Counted from the first letter of the whole stretch, positions 1-12,813 are shown. The stretch is 56,424 bases of DNA, filler included, from Jimgerdemannia flammicorona (GCA_003990765.1; 2 parts of 2 records of this genome joined end to end with filler, not necessarily neighbours in it), one strand, 5' to 3'. Program-made: numbers and translations. Notes: generated by a model from the sequence alone, not told the origin.

Positions 1-68
<68 letters not shown>
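1..68 (+). repeat. poly(A) tract at window start, probably a non-LTR retrotransposon tail
   Basis: 68 nt of almost pure A abutting the protease region of Gypsy A. Confidence 0.6.
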
Positions 69-69
<1 letters not shown>

Positions 70-529
70 TAATACTTCTTTTCTCAGCAACTGGTCTGCT
101 TTGAACTCTAATCCTCTTAGCTGTCTTAGTATTGATATAATTTTCAGTAGCACTACTGTCAAGTAAGATATTGACATATTATCTATGAACTTAACCTGTT
201 TACTTGATGTAACTATCCTCCTTCTTGATGGAGTTGAGCTCTTCATCCTCATTATTTCAATTGCTGTCAGTTTTCTCAAAGTCAGTCTCTTTTCTTCTTT
301 TGTAAGAAGAGTGATCTGGTTTGGATTCCTCAGTCTATTGGGCTTAGTATTTCTCAGATTAAATTTTGAAAACTTTAAAGAGTTATATATAGTATTCACT
401 AATATATTCCATATAGTATATTTGGATAGAATGAGAGCATTATTTACATATTACATAATTATCTACAATTCTCTTATACTAGTTTTCATCATCTTTTTTC
501 ATAGTGGTAATCTTTGACTAGGGGGTTTA

Positions 530-950
530 TTGGTTAATCTAAACCCTTTCTTACTATAGTCTATTTGAGAGAGCTTGGAGACTTCTTTGATGGTGAGATC
601 TTGATAAATTTCTTTAATAATTGCCTGGACAATTCTTTGGCCTGCTTTGACTTCAAATGAGATATCTCTATAATTTCACAAAATGATACAGATTTCTCTT
701 GTAAATTTTTATCAACTACTCCTCCTCCTAGCCCAATGTTGAAATCTTTAGCCAGGCTGCTTCACTCAGTAAGGCAGATGTAAATTCCTTTAGAGGCTTG
801 CATTGCAATTCCAGTATATACTGTAGCATTGGTACTTAGTAGAATAGTGAGGTCTTGGCTACTGTAGAGGTCATATCCAGTAACAGTGAGATAGGCCTTA
901 GTGGAGATAGTGGCCTTATATCATACATATCTTCTATACTTTGATGACAT
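530..950 (-). pseudogene. dUTPase domain in Gypsy A
   Basis: TGYDLYSSQD...TGIAMQ...E*SSLAKDFNIGLGGGVVDKN(F)TREI...AGQRIVQ...DYSKKGFRLT matches trimeric dUTPase motifs I-V with transition damage. Confidence 0.85.
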
Positions 951-2874
951 TCTCAGAGTTCTTCTTTCCTGGGCCTTCTCTAATAATAGTAATGTTCTAG
1001 TTACTGAGTTCACCTAATCTGTTTCTTCTCTCAGAGTATTTAATAGAGATATATCTTGCTTTCTTATAAATAAAGCAAAATTCTTTTTATAAAGCTGCTT
1101 CTTTTCATCCTCATTAGAAGGTCTTAGTCCTCTGGAATTTTGCTGGTTCCTTTGGTCATTCCTTTGGTCATTCCTTCTAGTGGGATTTCTTCTGCTTTGG
1201 TTATCTCTCTTGTATTCTAGATTTCATAGGGTCTATATAGTAAGGATTTTACAGGCTCATCTTTGTATCTGAGTAAAGCACTATAAGTAGTGAAGATACC
1301 TTGAGAGAGGTCTTGTTTCTTGATCTTCTGAGTGAGTTAATCTAGTAGAGCTATAAATAGATGGTTGGCTCTAGTACTATTGATGGCTGAATTGTTTTTC
1401 TGATAAGTAAGTTTTATGATTTTGAAGTAGACATCTATCTTAGTGGTAAAGATTTCTAGGTTCTCTTTGCTATTCTTGTTGAACTTCATCTGGACTAGTT
1501 TGTTTCAAGTTTCTTATATATAGACTGCATTTTAGAATTTAGTCAGTAGTAGAGTCTTAAGTCCTGGACCTACTATATAGTTATCCCAATCTGATCTGGC
1601 TTGACCAAATATCTGTCTAGTGACTTGAGGGTAGTCTTTCCAGATTACTGGATGTTCTTCTAGAGTATACCAGAACTCAGCTACTATTCTAATGAAGAAT
1701 GTGGCTAATGTTTCTACTTGTACTGCTAATGTCACAAATAACTATTAGAGAGTATTATCTCTATTATTAGTGAGTATATCTATAGATACTCAGTTATCAT
1801 TCCATTAGTTTGCTTGATATCCTATATCTACTGTATTGATGAAGGTCTCAATATTGTTGTTTCTTTTACTAAAAGTGAGAATTCTCAAGATCTTAGTTGG
1901 TTTGTTTTTTTTTTAGCAATTTGTCCTACTATGTCTATTAGTATGGCTAGCTAGGCAGTCAGGGCCTGAATGTTGGCATCTATCATTATGTTAACTGCTG
2001 ATAGTGGGCCTATAGGGGTAGATTCTCCTAAAGATTGTTCTGTCTGATGAGATTATAGTGCTGTATAACTTAGAGTTACTTGATTTCTGGAGATTAGATC
2101 AAAGAGTCCTATAAGAGTGGATAAATCAAACTTCTGAGTATATGTCTGGATTGGTTCTGAGTTCTGATCTTTATGATCTATAGATCCTAGGTAAATTTCT
2201 AGGTCTGCTGTTTCTTATTAGCTATTGTCAGACTAGTATCCTGCAGAGTCTTCATCTGACTCCCATTCCTGATAAGATAGTGTATCCTTATACTAACTAG
2301 ATCCTTGAAGAGAATATCAGTTTCTGGCTAGATAGATGGGTCTGCTTCTTGATCAGCAGTAGGGGGTGGATGACTTGCTTGCTTATTCTTATATCTTGAT
2401 ATAGCAGAAACATAGTATATAACTAGTTTATAATAGAGGGATGTTTGATTAGGAGTATGATGATATCTGTCAGATACAATCTACTTAATACTGCTCTTAG
2501 GGCAGAGAGTGAGATATAGTCTAGAAATTTCTGAGTAATTATAGCAGTAGATTCTTGAGTTCTTGTGGTTCTAAGATAGCTACAGAGAAGTATATAGAAC
2601 TTATAGTAGCTAACTATATTCCTAAGACCTAGATAGAAGTTCCTAAAAATCTCATATAGATCTCTATATACTTGGTCAATTATCAGCTAGTGAGTACTGG
2701 GGTTTGGGGTTTTTTAGTATTACCTGGTCCTAATGGTAATAGCTTATCTGGCTCTGGTTTGGGGGTTTATTCCTAGAGAATCTACAGTTAGTTCTGAGGT
2801 TTGTTCCTGTCCAAGGTGAGTCTTGTTCCAACTTCTCAAAAGTATATTCTTAATACCTTCTTGGCTCAGTGATT

Positions 2875-2886
2875 CCACTGCTACCA
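2875..2886 (-). promoter_or_regulatory. primer-binding site TGGTAGCAGTGG (initiator Met tRNA type)
   Basis: Lies 3 nt inside the LTR edge. TGGTAGC is complementary to the 3' end of eukaryotic tRNAiMet (GCUACCA). Confidence 0.65.
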
Positions 2887-2889
2887 AGT

Positions 2890-3646
2890 TGTAATAACTC
2901 TTATTTCTACTCCTCTCTTATCTTTTGAATAATTAGGGAAACAAGGTATTACTTAGAGACTTAGTACACAAGTGTACCAAGAAGTCTTTAGTGTAAAAAA
3001 GTGCTCACTTGAAAGTAGTTATAGTGGCAGTATCTTTCTTATTAACTGTAGTTATAAGGAACTTATTCTTTGCTATATACAGACTGAATTTGCCTTGAAA
3101 TTCAGATTCAATAAGTAGTTTACTTAAGTCTTTGTGATTTATATACTGGTCTCAGTTATAGCAGAAGTTAGCTAAGCTTCAGGAGTTTAGTCAGAAATAC
3201 TAGAGTCACTTAGATATCATTACTAAATTCAGGAGAATGTATATGTATTTGTGTGAGAAACTTGATTCTTATATTAAGGACTGAACTAAAACTATCTTTA
3301 TTTTAGATAGAAATTAGAGAATATTTATACAAATTGGTTTATGATTTCTAACTAAATATGAGTGACTAATTTGGTAACTATGAATGAGGTTTATAATCAG
3401 ATAGTTTGTGAACAGGAACCCCTTTGTAATCAGGACTATTGTTGTTAGGTAATGATCAATTGCTATAGTATTTACAATGGTACCAGTTGCTGGGGATAAG
3501 CTGGATATTATTTATTGCATTATTCACATTATTTGTATCTTATTTATTATATCTGTTACATTTATCATATATTATGCTTGATTGTGACATCATTGTCAGA
3601 TCATGTGATCACTCATTATTTGTTATATTTCATCTATTCTATTATA
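2890..3646 (-). repeat. 5' LTR of Gypsy A (~757 bp)
   Basis: Starts TGTAATA and ends TATTATA (decayed TATTACA). Aligns along its length with LTR C (4385-5008 + 12317-12520). Confidence 0.75.
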
Positions 3647-6037
3647 CCTGGACTAGTTCTGGGGTCTGATCTTCTTGATCTATAAATTATTGATAAATTA
3701 CTAGACCAGCTATTCCTTATTGGCTATTATAAAACTAGTATCCTACTGAGTTTTCATCTGACTCTCTTCTCTGATGAGATAGTATGTCCTTATACTAACT
3801 AGATTCTTTAAAGAGAATATCAGATTCTGGCTGAGTAGATGGGCTTGCTTTTTGATTAGAAGTTAGGAGTAGATAATCTGTCTATTCATTCTCATATATA
3901 TCTTGATATAGTAGTAGTATAGTATACAACTAGCTGATAGTAGAGAGAGGTTCAGCTAAAATTATAATAATATCTGTTAGATGTAATTTACTCAGAGAAA
4001 GCTATAGAAATATAGCTTAAAAATTCCCAAGTAGTAGTAGTAGTGGATTCTTGAGTTCTAGTAACTTCAATATAATTATGGACAAGGATATAAAACCTGC
4101 AGTGGCTACTTATATTTCTAAGATCTGGGTAATAGTTCCTAAAGGCCTTATATAGGTCTCTATATATCCTATTAATCAGAAGCTAATATAGCCTTAGGTC
4201 TGTATTTTTCTGATACTACCTAGTCCTAATAACAATTGCTAGATGAGCTCTGGTTTATGGATTTGTTCCTTGGAAATCCACAGTTAGTTCTAGAGTTACT
4301 TCTGTCTGATATTGGTCTTGTTTCAACTTCTTAAGGATTTGTTCTTAATACTATCTTGGCTCAGTAATTTTACTGTAACCAAGTTGTAATAACTCTCTTT
4401 CTATCCCTCTCTTATCCTTGGATAATTAGGAAAACAAGGTATTACTTAGAGACTTAGTACACAAGTATACCAAGAAGTCTACAGTATAAGAAAGTATATA
4501 CTTAAAAGTAATTATAGTAGTAATATTCTTCTTAATAACCACAGTTATAAGAGACTTGATCTTTGCTGTATACAGACTGAATCCACCTTGAAATTCAGGT
4601 TCAATAAAGGGTTTACTTAAGTCTTACGGATTTATATACCAGTCTCAGTTCTGGTAGAAGTTAGCTAAACTTCTGAAGTTTAGTCAGAATACTCGAATTA
4701 CTTAGATGTCATTACTTAGACTTAGAGAAATATGTAGGTATAGAGGGGGGAACTTGATTCTTATATCAAGGACTGAACTAAAATTGTCTTTATTTCAGAT
4801 AGAAAACTAGGGGTATTTATATAAGTTAGTTCATGATTTCTGACTAAGTACAAGTGACTAATTTGGTAACTATGGATGAGATTTATAATTGTGATCTTTG
4901 TGATCAGGACCTTTGTGATCAGGACCTTTGTAATATAGGTTGTTAGGTAGTGATCAGTTGCTGTAAAAATTTGCTGCAGCACTGATTGTTGGGGATAAGC
5001 TGGATATCTTTTTTTTTTTTTTTTTTTTTTTTTAACAGACTCAATGTCCCATGGATTTTTATTAGAAGAGAACCTAGACTATATAGGCCAAAACCCTCCC
5101 CCACCACCCATCAAGTACTGTCCCCCTATTAACCTAAACTAGCTATTGTCCAGCAGCTCGACTATGCTAGATGTAGCAGGGCCTATGTTGGCCTGTATCT
5201 CATTCTGTGCACCATGTTCTCCCTACCATCAGGGAGAACTCAGTCATATGCCAATGACTGAAAGCACATGCCCAAGACCCCAATATATGTACAAGATCAT
5301 GCTCAAGCTGAATAGAATAGCCCCTGCCACCCCAAAGAGAATGACATGCAAAGAAAAACCCTCATCAAAGTATATCACAGTGAGTAGGGCCTAGTTCTCT
5401 CAGTCAAGGTAAGTAAAGGACTTACTCGTGAGGTGGGAGGAGACCCCCAATATCCCACTACTCAAGCCTGCAAGCCTTGATCATGTTGTTATATCAGCTC
5501 TCAGTTCCAGTTGAGTGCAGTCAAGATATCTGAAATGGGTAGCCTCAGGCCCCCTGACCCCCCCCCAATGACTGGGGCCTCATCTGCCAAATTACCAAAA
5601 GAAGCTGAGAGTGACACCTATCACCTAACTGCTCTGTACCAATCAAAAGGCCCCACTAAAGCAGCACCCACCCCAGCTCTGATGACTACCCCCAGCCTGG
5701 TACTCTACTAGTTCACTGTAATTGCCCTTCCTTCTATCTATGACAGCCATCTCTCCTCCCATCCTGACAACATCCAAAAAGCAGTTACCTATGCCAGAAC
5801 TGTGCTCGCTGGGAAGCTCACCAAAGTCAGAGGGCCTCACCAAAGGCACTGAGGACCTGCAGATAACCTACACTGAGCACTTGACACCCAAGGTTGGCTG
5901 ACTCTCTACATAACCCATGACACACTAAGACAGCACCTTGTTGGTGATGGTAAAAGGAAGAAGGCACCATACCAAAATAGATGTACTCCAGATGCAGCTG
6001 AAGGCACCAGAAACTGCGAAAAAGTATAGAAGACACC

Positions 6038-6502
6038 TGTAACAGTTCTGGTTTTTTTAAGAGGAAGTGGCTAAATATAGAAGTTCTGGTTGGCCTAAAA
6101 TAGCTTGAAGAGATACTTAAAGGTTCAAGTGTTCTTGAAGGATTTCTGGGAGAAAATATTCTGAGCTTTATTTAGGCAGAGAACAAGGATATTTATATAT
6201 AATCTGAAAGAAAGATCCAGAGGGATCTTGGAAAGAAAGAGAAATGCCAAGAAATAGGTTCTCGACAAAGCTGACTAATACTATTCTACAATGTTCTGAA
6301 AGGTTCCATGACTAGCTAAGACAAGGTGCTTGACACCAAGGAAAGACAAGAATGTTCTAGTAGTGTCTGGGCACTGAGAGAAGGTTTCTAAGTATATAGA
6401 AGGTGACAGAACATAGTAGAATGTTCAAGAAAAGATAAGAAAAGACTAACTAAAAGATGTGAAAAATATACTAAGACTAAATATGACTGTGAAATTGTTA
6501 CA
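6038..6502 (-). repeat. 3' LTR of element D
   Basis: TGTAAC...GTTACA; direct repeat of 11681-12145 with about 35 mismatches by hand count. Confidence 0.95.
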
Positions 6503-6516
6503 TTCCTCCCTCCTTA
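6503..6516 (-). promoter_or_regulatory. polypurine tract of element D
   Basis: Minus strand reads TAAGGAGGGAGGAA immediately before the 3' LTR. Confidence 0.8.
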
Positions 6517-6829
6517 AGAACCAATATCCTCATTGAGTTCTTATATAACACAAGACTAGATATACTTAACCAAAATTTCTCAAACTTGAATTGGCACATT
6601 GGCAGAGATTGGACATCCTCATATAGGGCAGAGGGCCTATTACCAGACTAACCAACTGAGAGAGGTTTGAACCCAGCTAGTAGCTTCATTTCAGTGAACT
6701 TCTTGTTCATTAAATATTCTAGTGGTTCTGGGGTCCCAAAGTAAACTTCCAATGCATAAGGTACTGGTCATTGCCATAGGTCGTTAACAATCTAAGAAAG
6801 TCACTACAGGGATTGGACAATACATTTTG

Positions 6830-6990
6830 CCTCAAAGTCTTGAACTAGATCTTGAGAGTTCTTGAGGTTGATCAGTGGTTTCCAGGTAGCATCATATTCA
6901 GAATAACCCATCCACTTGACTAGGTATTCAGGACAGTGGTAGCAGATTCATTTGTTAAGGATTTTCTCAGCTTCATACTTGATATGGTCT
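6830..6990 (-). pseudogene. integrase C-terminal chromodomain of element D
   Basis: KYEAEKILNK*ICYHCPEYLVKWMGYSEYDATWKPLINLKNSQDLVQDFE. Confidence 0.9.
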
Positions 6991-9900
6991 TCAATAATCA
7001 CAGGAGCAGACAGCTTAGGAATTTGACCAGGATAGGGTGGTGACTAATTCCAGGTATTGAGGTGTGACACATGAAAGACTAAGTGCACTCTTATGGTTTC
7101 AGGTAGCTTGAGACAGTAGGAGGATGCAGAGACTTGTTCAGTAATCTTGAAAGGTCTAATATACTTGAGTTGGAACTTGTTTAAAGGGCAGTTGACTTGA
7201 GATTGTATCTTGAGGTTCTTGGTAGATAGTAGGACTTGATCTCTAATAGTATAAGTGACATCATGGTGTTTCTTGTCAGCATACTTGGCTTGATGCTGTT
7301 GAGCCTTCTGAAGATTCACAGTAGCAATCTTGAGTAGTTCGTCCATTTTGTCTGTAAGGTTCTTAGCAGTTGGGACTTATATTTGACTGGTTTTCTTGAA
7401 AAAGAATAGACTTACAGGGGTCTCAGGATCTTAACTATAGAGTAACCAGAAAGGGGAAAGATCAGTAGATGATTGGACAGCATTGTTATATGCAAACTCT
7501 ATATAAGTCAGATAGATGTCCCAATCATCTTACTCATAAGAAACATAGTTTCTAAGCATTTGTTCTAGAGTTCTATTCATGCACTCGGTTTGTCCATCAG
7601 TTTGTGAGTGAAAGGCAGTAGACATAGCCAATTGGGTTCCCAAAGTCTTGAAGAGAGTTTGCCAGAAGTGGCTGGTGAACTTGGGGTCATGATTGCTGAC
7701 AATTACTTGTAGTAGGCCATAGTGACAGAAGATGGACTTAAAGAAGATTCTTGTAATCTTAGGTGCAGTAGCATTGGTAGTGGTTGATTCGGCATCCATA
7801 GTCTTAGTCAGGCAGTCTATGAATATGACAATAGCATCAGCATCAGATTGAGTTTGTGGTAGTTGAGTTATAAAGTTCATGGTGACTTGCTTGAACTTCT
7901 TGGTAGGAATTGGCAATAGTTGTAGCAACTAGCAGATGCTTTGTTGGTAGACTTGTTGTGCTGACATAGATCACAGCTGACAATATAGTTCTTGATTTCC
8001 TTGACTATGTTTGGCCAATAGTAGCAGCATTGGATATTCTTGACAGTCTTCTCAATTTTCAGATGACTGGCAAGAGGAGAGTCATGGTGTTCTTGCAAAA
8101 TCTTGTAGTATAGGTTTATGTTTTCAGGTAGATAGACTTGATCTTGATGATAGATCAGATTGTTCTTGACAGTATATATATCCTTGAGTTTGTTCGAGAA
8201 AACTCTAGTGATAACTGTATCTTCTTTGTAAGCTTATCTGATTTGGTCTAGGAATTCTGATGCCAAGATGACTTATATGATTGTGGCAAGATCTGGGCAT
8301 CTTGTTAAGGCATGGTACTATAAATGTCTTGCCAGGCTTATAGATGATTGTCAGGTTGAAGGTTTGAAGCTTGAGGCTCTACTTGGCTTATAGACATGAT
8401 AGGGTAGGTTGGGTGTTGATATACTTGAGAGATTGATGATCAGTAATGACATCAAACTCAATACCTTCTAGATAGTATTACCAGTGGTCTAGTGTATGTA
8501 TTATTCTAATAGTTCCTTCTCATGAGTAGCTAGCTTTTGTTTAGCTGGGGCCAGGTTGTGGGACTCAAAAGCAATAGGGTGATGTTCTTTGCCATCATCT
8601 TATGACAGGACTGCTCTAATGGCAAAATTTGATACATCAATGGTGACTATGAATTTTAGGTCTTGATCTGCATTACACAGGACTGGAGCATGGGTCAGGC
8701 AGTTCTTGAGTTCTTGAAAGGTTTGTTGACAGAAGAGGTCCTAGGTGTAGGGTACATAGTAGTCTGAGTGCAGAGCCTTTCTCATATGGTTAGTCAGTGG
8801 CTTATCAATACCAGAGAAGTTTCTGACAAAGTGGCAGTAATAGCCAGCTAGACCAAGGAAGGATCAGAGTTCTGTGAGGTTTAATGGAATGGGCCATTCT
8901 TCAATTGCTTCTATCTTGTTTGGGTCTATTTGAATTCCTTGTACAGAGACAATGTGACCAAGGTATTCAACTTATTCCTTAAAGAATTCACACTTCTTGA
9001 GCTTGGCATAAAGCTTGTATTTTCACAGGATCTTTAAGACTATTCAAATGTGTTTGAGGTATTCTTCTTTAGTTGCACTAAAGATCAGAATGTCATCAAG
9101 ATATACCAACAGAAAGATAAATAGTTGATACTTAAATATCTTGTTTATCAGAGTCTGAAATGTGGCAGGTGCATTGATGAGACCAAATGCTAAGACCAGG
9201 AATTCATAGAGTCCAAAGGGGGTCATGAATGCAGTCTTGAGAATGTCTTCTAGTTTGATTTGGATCTGGTGGTATCCTGACATGAGGTCTAACTTAGTGA
9301 AGTACTTGGCATTCTTGAGAGCATCAAAGATTTGATCAATCAAGGGTAATGGATAGCAGTTCTTGACAGTGAGTTTTTTGAGTGCACAGTAGTCTATGCA
9401 TATTCACAGGGTACCATCCTTCTTCTTGATAAATAAGACTGGTGAGCCATAAGGAGATTTGCTTGGCTGGATGGCTCCTCATGTGAGTAGTTCTTCTAGT
9501 TCCTTCTTGACTGCTTCAATTTCAAGTGGCGATATGCAGTACATGTGTTTCTTGGGTAGTATAGCTCCTGAGATCAGTTCAATTTCATGATCAACTTCTT
9601 ATGTAGGTGGTAGACCAGATAGCTTGTCTGGAAAGACATCCTTGAATTTCTCTAGCAATAGCTGGATGCTTTCATTGACTAATAGTCTCTTGTCTTGTTT
9701 CTTGGAGCAGATCATTACAACAAAGGTATGCATTGCCTTCTTGAGTGCTTTCTTGTACTGTATAGCTGACAGTATTGCAATCTGGGTCTTGCTCATAGTC
9801 TTGTCTGTCTTGATCATAATGTTGACTCTATCTTGAAGTAAGGTAACTTCATTCTTGAATCAATCAATATCTGATTTGTGTTTTATAAGCCAGGGTTTTT

Positions 9901-10204
9901 CTAATATTAGATCATGATCTCCTAGTGGTACAACCTTGAAGTCTACTCATTCCCAATATTTCTGGATCTTGATGGGCAGTTTGGCAGCAATTGACTCAAT
10001 GGGGTGCAGAGTACCATCTACAGTAACTATACTATTGTTCTTGGGTACAGGCTTGGTGAGAATCTTGAGGCTTTCAATGAGATTCTGATTGATGAAATTC
10101 CCTGCAGCTCTACTGTCTATAAGTACTTGAACTTCTTTTCCTTTGACTAGGCCTTTGAAAATGAGCATAGCTTCAGCTTGATTTTCACTAAGACTTACTG
10201 CTTG

Positions 10205-10620
10205 ATCAGTGCTGTCAAAACTCTTTTGATCTCATTTAGTTTCAGAGAGTTCTTGGACTTCTGTAATCTTGAGTTGACTGGCTTTTTCCAGGATCATTTG
10301 TGTGACTCAGTCTCCTTCTTTAACTGTGTAATCTTGATCCTTCTGGTTGACAAGTAAGACTTGAACTTGTTCTCAAAAGTCTGGGTCAATGATACCAGCA
10401 CTTACATCTAAATGATATTTGACACTGAGTTCTGATTGCTGTACAATTCTAGCATAATATCCTTCAGGACATCGGACTGCAATTTCAGTAGGCACCAGAG
10501 TGTGGCCCTTGGCTGGAATAGTGACTTGTTTGACTGAGTATAGGTCAAGACCAATGACTCCTTCTGTTTGATATTGAGGAACCTGGGCCTTTAGATGAAG
10601 CTTCTTGACCTTGAGTATAA
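10205..10620 (-). pseudogene. dUTPase domain in element D, in frame with gag and protease
   Basis: LKVKKLHLKAQVPQYQTEGVIGLDLYS...PEGYYARIVQQSELSVKYHLDVSAGIIDPDF*EQVQVLLVN...VKEGD*VTQMILEK...ETK*DQKSFDSTD. The three TGA stops fall at conserved Arg positions. Confidence 0.92.
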
Positions 10621-11666
10621 GTTAACTGGTGGTGGGATTGATGGATATATCTTTGGACAATACAGTGACTTGTCTTGAGGGTTCACTAGTCTTCTTAGGA
10701 CATTTGGTTGCAATGTGTCCTGTTTGGTGACAGAAGAAACAGGCTCCAGATTTCTTCAGGCAGTTCTTTTCTTCAGAAGTGAGCTTGGTGTTCTTTTTAT
10801 TCATAGTGTCTAAGTCCATTGGTGCCAGGCCAACTGTCCTTGGTTGGTTTCTGTGGCAGTTCTCAAAGTGGTTCTTCTTGTGGCATTTTGGTTCAAAGTA
10901 GTTAAAGGTGATGATATCAAATCTATTGGCAATTCTCATGGCTTCATCAAGAGTTTTGAGCTCTTCTAGCTCAACCTTGACTCATGTGTTTCCCTTCAGA
11001 CCTTGGATATAGTGGTCTATCTTTTCATCCTCAGATACCACTGATAGCTCAAGTAGAATTGTCAAGAATTGTACATTATAGCTTTATATAGACTTAAGTT
11101 GCTTGATGTTTGCTAGCTTGCCTCTGGCTAGCTTGGTGACATTAGCAGGCTTGAACTGCTTGTGAAGGGCTCTCTTAAAAGCTTCTCAATCTCTGATTTG
11201 TGCAAATGAGTGTACAGATGTAACCATGATATGGTTGCACCACCAGATGGCTGCATTTCCTCAGAGAAGTGTGGCAGCAAATTGGACCTACATGTCATCT
11301 TCCATTCTTGTGAGTTTGAAGTATTGGTCCAACTGGAAGGTCCATGCATCTGTAGATAGTTCTCCTTGATGGCCATCGAAGATATCTGGCTTGAGTGGCT
11401 TGAAACTGACTGGTGCTATGGCAGGATATAATGTACCTGCAGTATGTGTTTTCTGCTGTTCTAGTTGTGCTTGCAGTTCTTGAATTTGGTGGACCATAGC
11501 ATTGATTATATCTTCTATGTTGAGCTGCAATCCTCTTGTTTTTTCTGTAGCAGAGAGGTCTGACTGGTAGACTGTCTCTTTGCAGCTCATTTCGGATTCA
11601 TCTGACTAGTTGTGACTGGTTTCCGAATTCATGTGAGGTTTCTTAATAAGGCAAGATATAACAACA

Positions 11667-11678
11667 CTGCTGCTACCA
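11667..11678 (-). promoter_or_regulatory. primer-binding site TGGTAGCAGCAG of element D (tRNAiMet type)
   Basis: Lies 2 nt inside the 5' LTR edge. Confidence 0.7.
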
Positions 11679-11680
11679 AG

Positions 11681-12145
11681 TGTAATGGTTCTGGTTTCTT
11701 TAAGAGGAAGTGGCTAAATCTGGAAGTTCTGGTTGGCCTAAAGTAGCTTGAAGAGATACTTAAAGGTTCAAGTGTTCTTGAAGGATTTCTGGAAGAAAAT
11801 ATTCTGAGCTTTATTTAGACAGAGAATAAGGATATTTATACATGATCTGAAAGAAAGATCCAGAAGAATCTTGGAAAGAAAGATAAATGCCAAGAAATAG
11901 GTTCTTGGCAAAGCTGACTAATACTATTCTACAATGTTCCAAAAGGTTCCATGACTAGCTAAGACAAGGTGCTTGATGCCAAGGAAAGACAAGAATATTC
12001 TAGTAGTATCTGGGCACTGAGAGAAGATTTCTAAGCATGTAGAAGGTGACGAAACATAGTAGAATATTCAAGAAAAGACAAGGAAAGACTAACTAAAAGA
12101 TACAAAAAATGTACTAAGACTAAATATGACTGAGAAATTGTTACA
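11681..12145 (-). repeat. 5' LTR of element D
   Basis: TGTAAT...GTTACA, 465 bp, paired with 6038-6502. Confidence 0.95.
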
Positions 12146-12430
12146 ACACTGATCTGATACCAATAAATTGCCTTCCCCCCACTGCCCTGCAGCAGGTACA
12201 GCAAACCAACCCAAGGTAGAGGGGGTAATAATTGTGGAAAGTGGACTTGGAACATTGCCTACCAAATCATTGTGACCAGTAAGGTAGTGGAGAAAGGGGC
12301 CGATAAGCTGGATATCGTTTATCTGCATTGTTCGCGTAGTTCGCATCCCGCTCGTTTATGCGCCCGATTCTGATGTCATCGCCCAGGTCACGTGATCACT
12401 CGTCACTTCTTCTTCATTCTCATGTCACGT

Positions 12431-12457
12431 ATTCAAGTCCAAGTGACTATAACAAAA

Positions 12458-12490
<33 letters not shown>
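12431..12490 (+). mobile_element. very short poly(A)-tailed retro-insertion inside LTR C
   Basis: ~28 nt unique sequence plus ~32 A, flanked by ATGTCACGT (12422-12430) and ATGTCACAT (12491-12499). Absent from LTR A. Confidence 0.55.
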
Positions 12491-12493
<3 letters not shown>

Positions 12494-12813
12494 TCACATC
12501 TATTCATTTGCTCTATTACAGTCAAAGTCAGGAATCATCCTCTTTACCATTGTTGTTGGTGGTATTGCTGCAGGAATGGTCATAGTTGTGATCATTATAA
12601 TAGTTGTGCTCATACTTCTAGTATCGTTTCAGATTCTATTCCACTTGTACTCTCATGTTTGATGTGTCTGATAGATTTGATATCTTCTTTATATAGTATA
12701 GCATATATGTTAGAGAGGTGTATATCTGCTAAGTAAGAGACCAGTAACATTCGGGTGACACAAGACTCAGACAACACTTTTTACAATGTTTTTGGTGTCT
12801 GACGACTAGCAAC

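Larger units (their letters stand above)
69..3646 (-). mobile_element. Ty3/Gypsy element A, 5' part (LTR, PBS, leader, gag-CCHC, dUTPase, start of protease), degenerate
   Basis: Minus-strand translation gives protease VNILLDSSATENYI (~140-180), dUTPase motifs (~530-950), a decayed knuckle (~1040-1085) and gag-like sequence to ~2000. PBS and LTR lie upstream. 130-1005 aligns with 21230-22091. Confidence 0.8.
6830..11590 (-). pseudogene. gag-pol polyprotein of element D, many stops and frameshifts
   Basis: CFFCHQTGHIATKCP knuckle; LIDSRAAGNFI protease; KLDLMSGYHQI...FGLINAPATFQ...VYLDDILIFS RT; RNase H ~8300-8650; HHCC and TAFHSQTDGQTE integrase; chromodomain. Confidence 0.92.
6038..12145 (-). 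mobile_element. full-length chromovirus-type Ty3/Gypsy element D, inactivated
   Basis: Two 465-bp TG...CA LTRs, TSD ACACC/ACACT (6033-6037, 12146-12150), PBS, PPT and gag-CCHC-dUTPase-PR-RT-RH-IN-chromodomain order. Confidence 0.95.
5009..12301 (-). mobile_element. 5'-truncated non-LTR retrotransposon fragment (~1.15 kb: 5009-6037 + 12151-12301), interrupted by element D
   Basis: T25 tail (5009-5033), minus-strand AATAAA near 5070 and perfect 15-bp TSD GATAAGCTGGATATC at 4994-5008 and 12302-12316. G/T-rich sense strand like the other LINEs. Confidence 0.75.
3647..12520 (-). mobile_element. Gypsy C (same family as A): leader 3647-4384 plus 5' LTR 4385-12520 split by nested insertions
   Basis: 3647-5008 is homologous to ~2145-3510. 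The LTR starts TGTAATA at 4385, resumes at 12317 after a 15-bp TSD and ends TATTACA at 12520, a perfect terminal inverted repeat. Confidence 0.75.

Noticed and set aside
2140..5008. Simple 1.5-kb tandem duplication
   Set aside because: The junction falls exactly at an LTR end (3646), so insertion of A into relative C explains it better.
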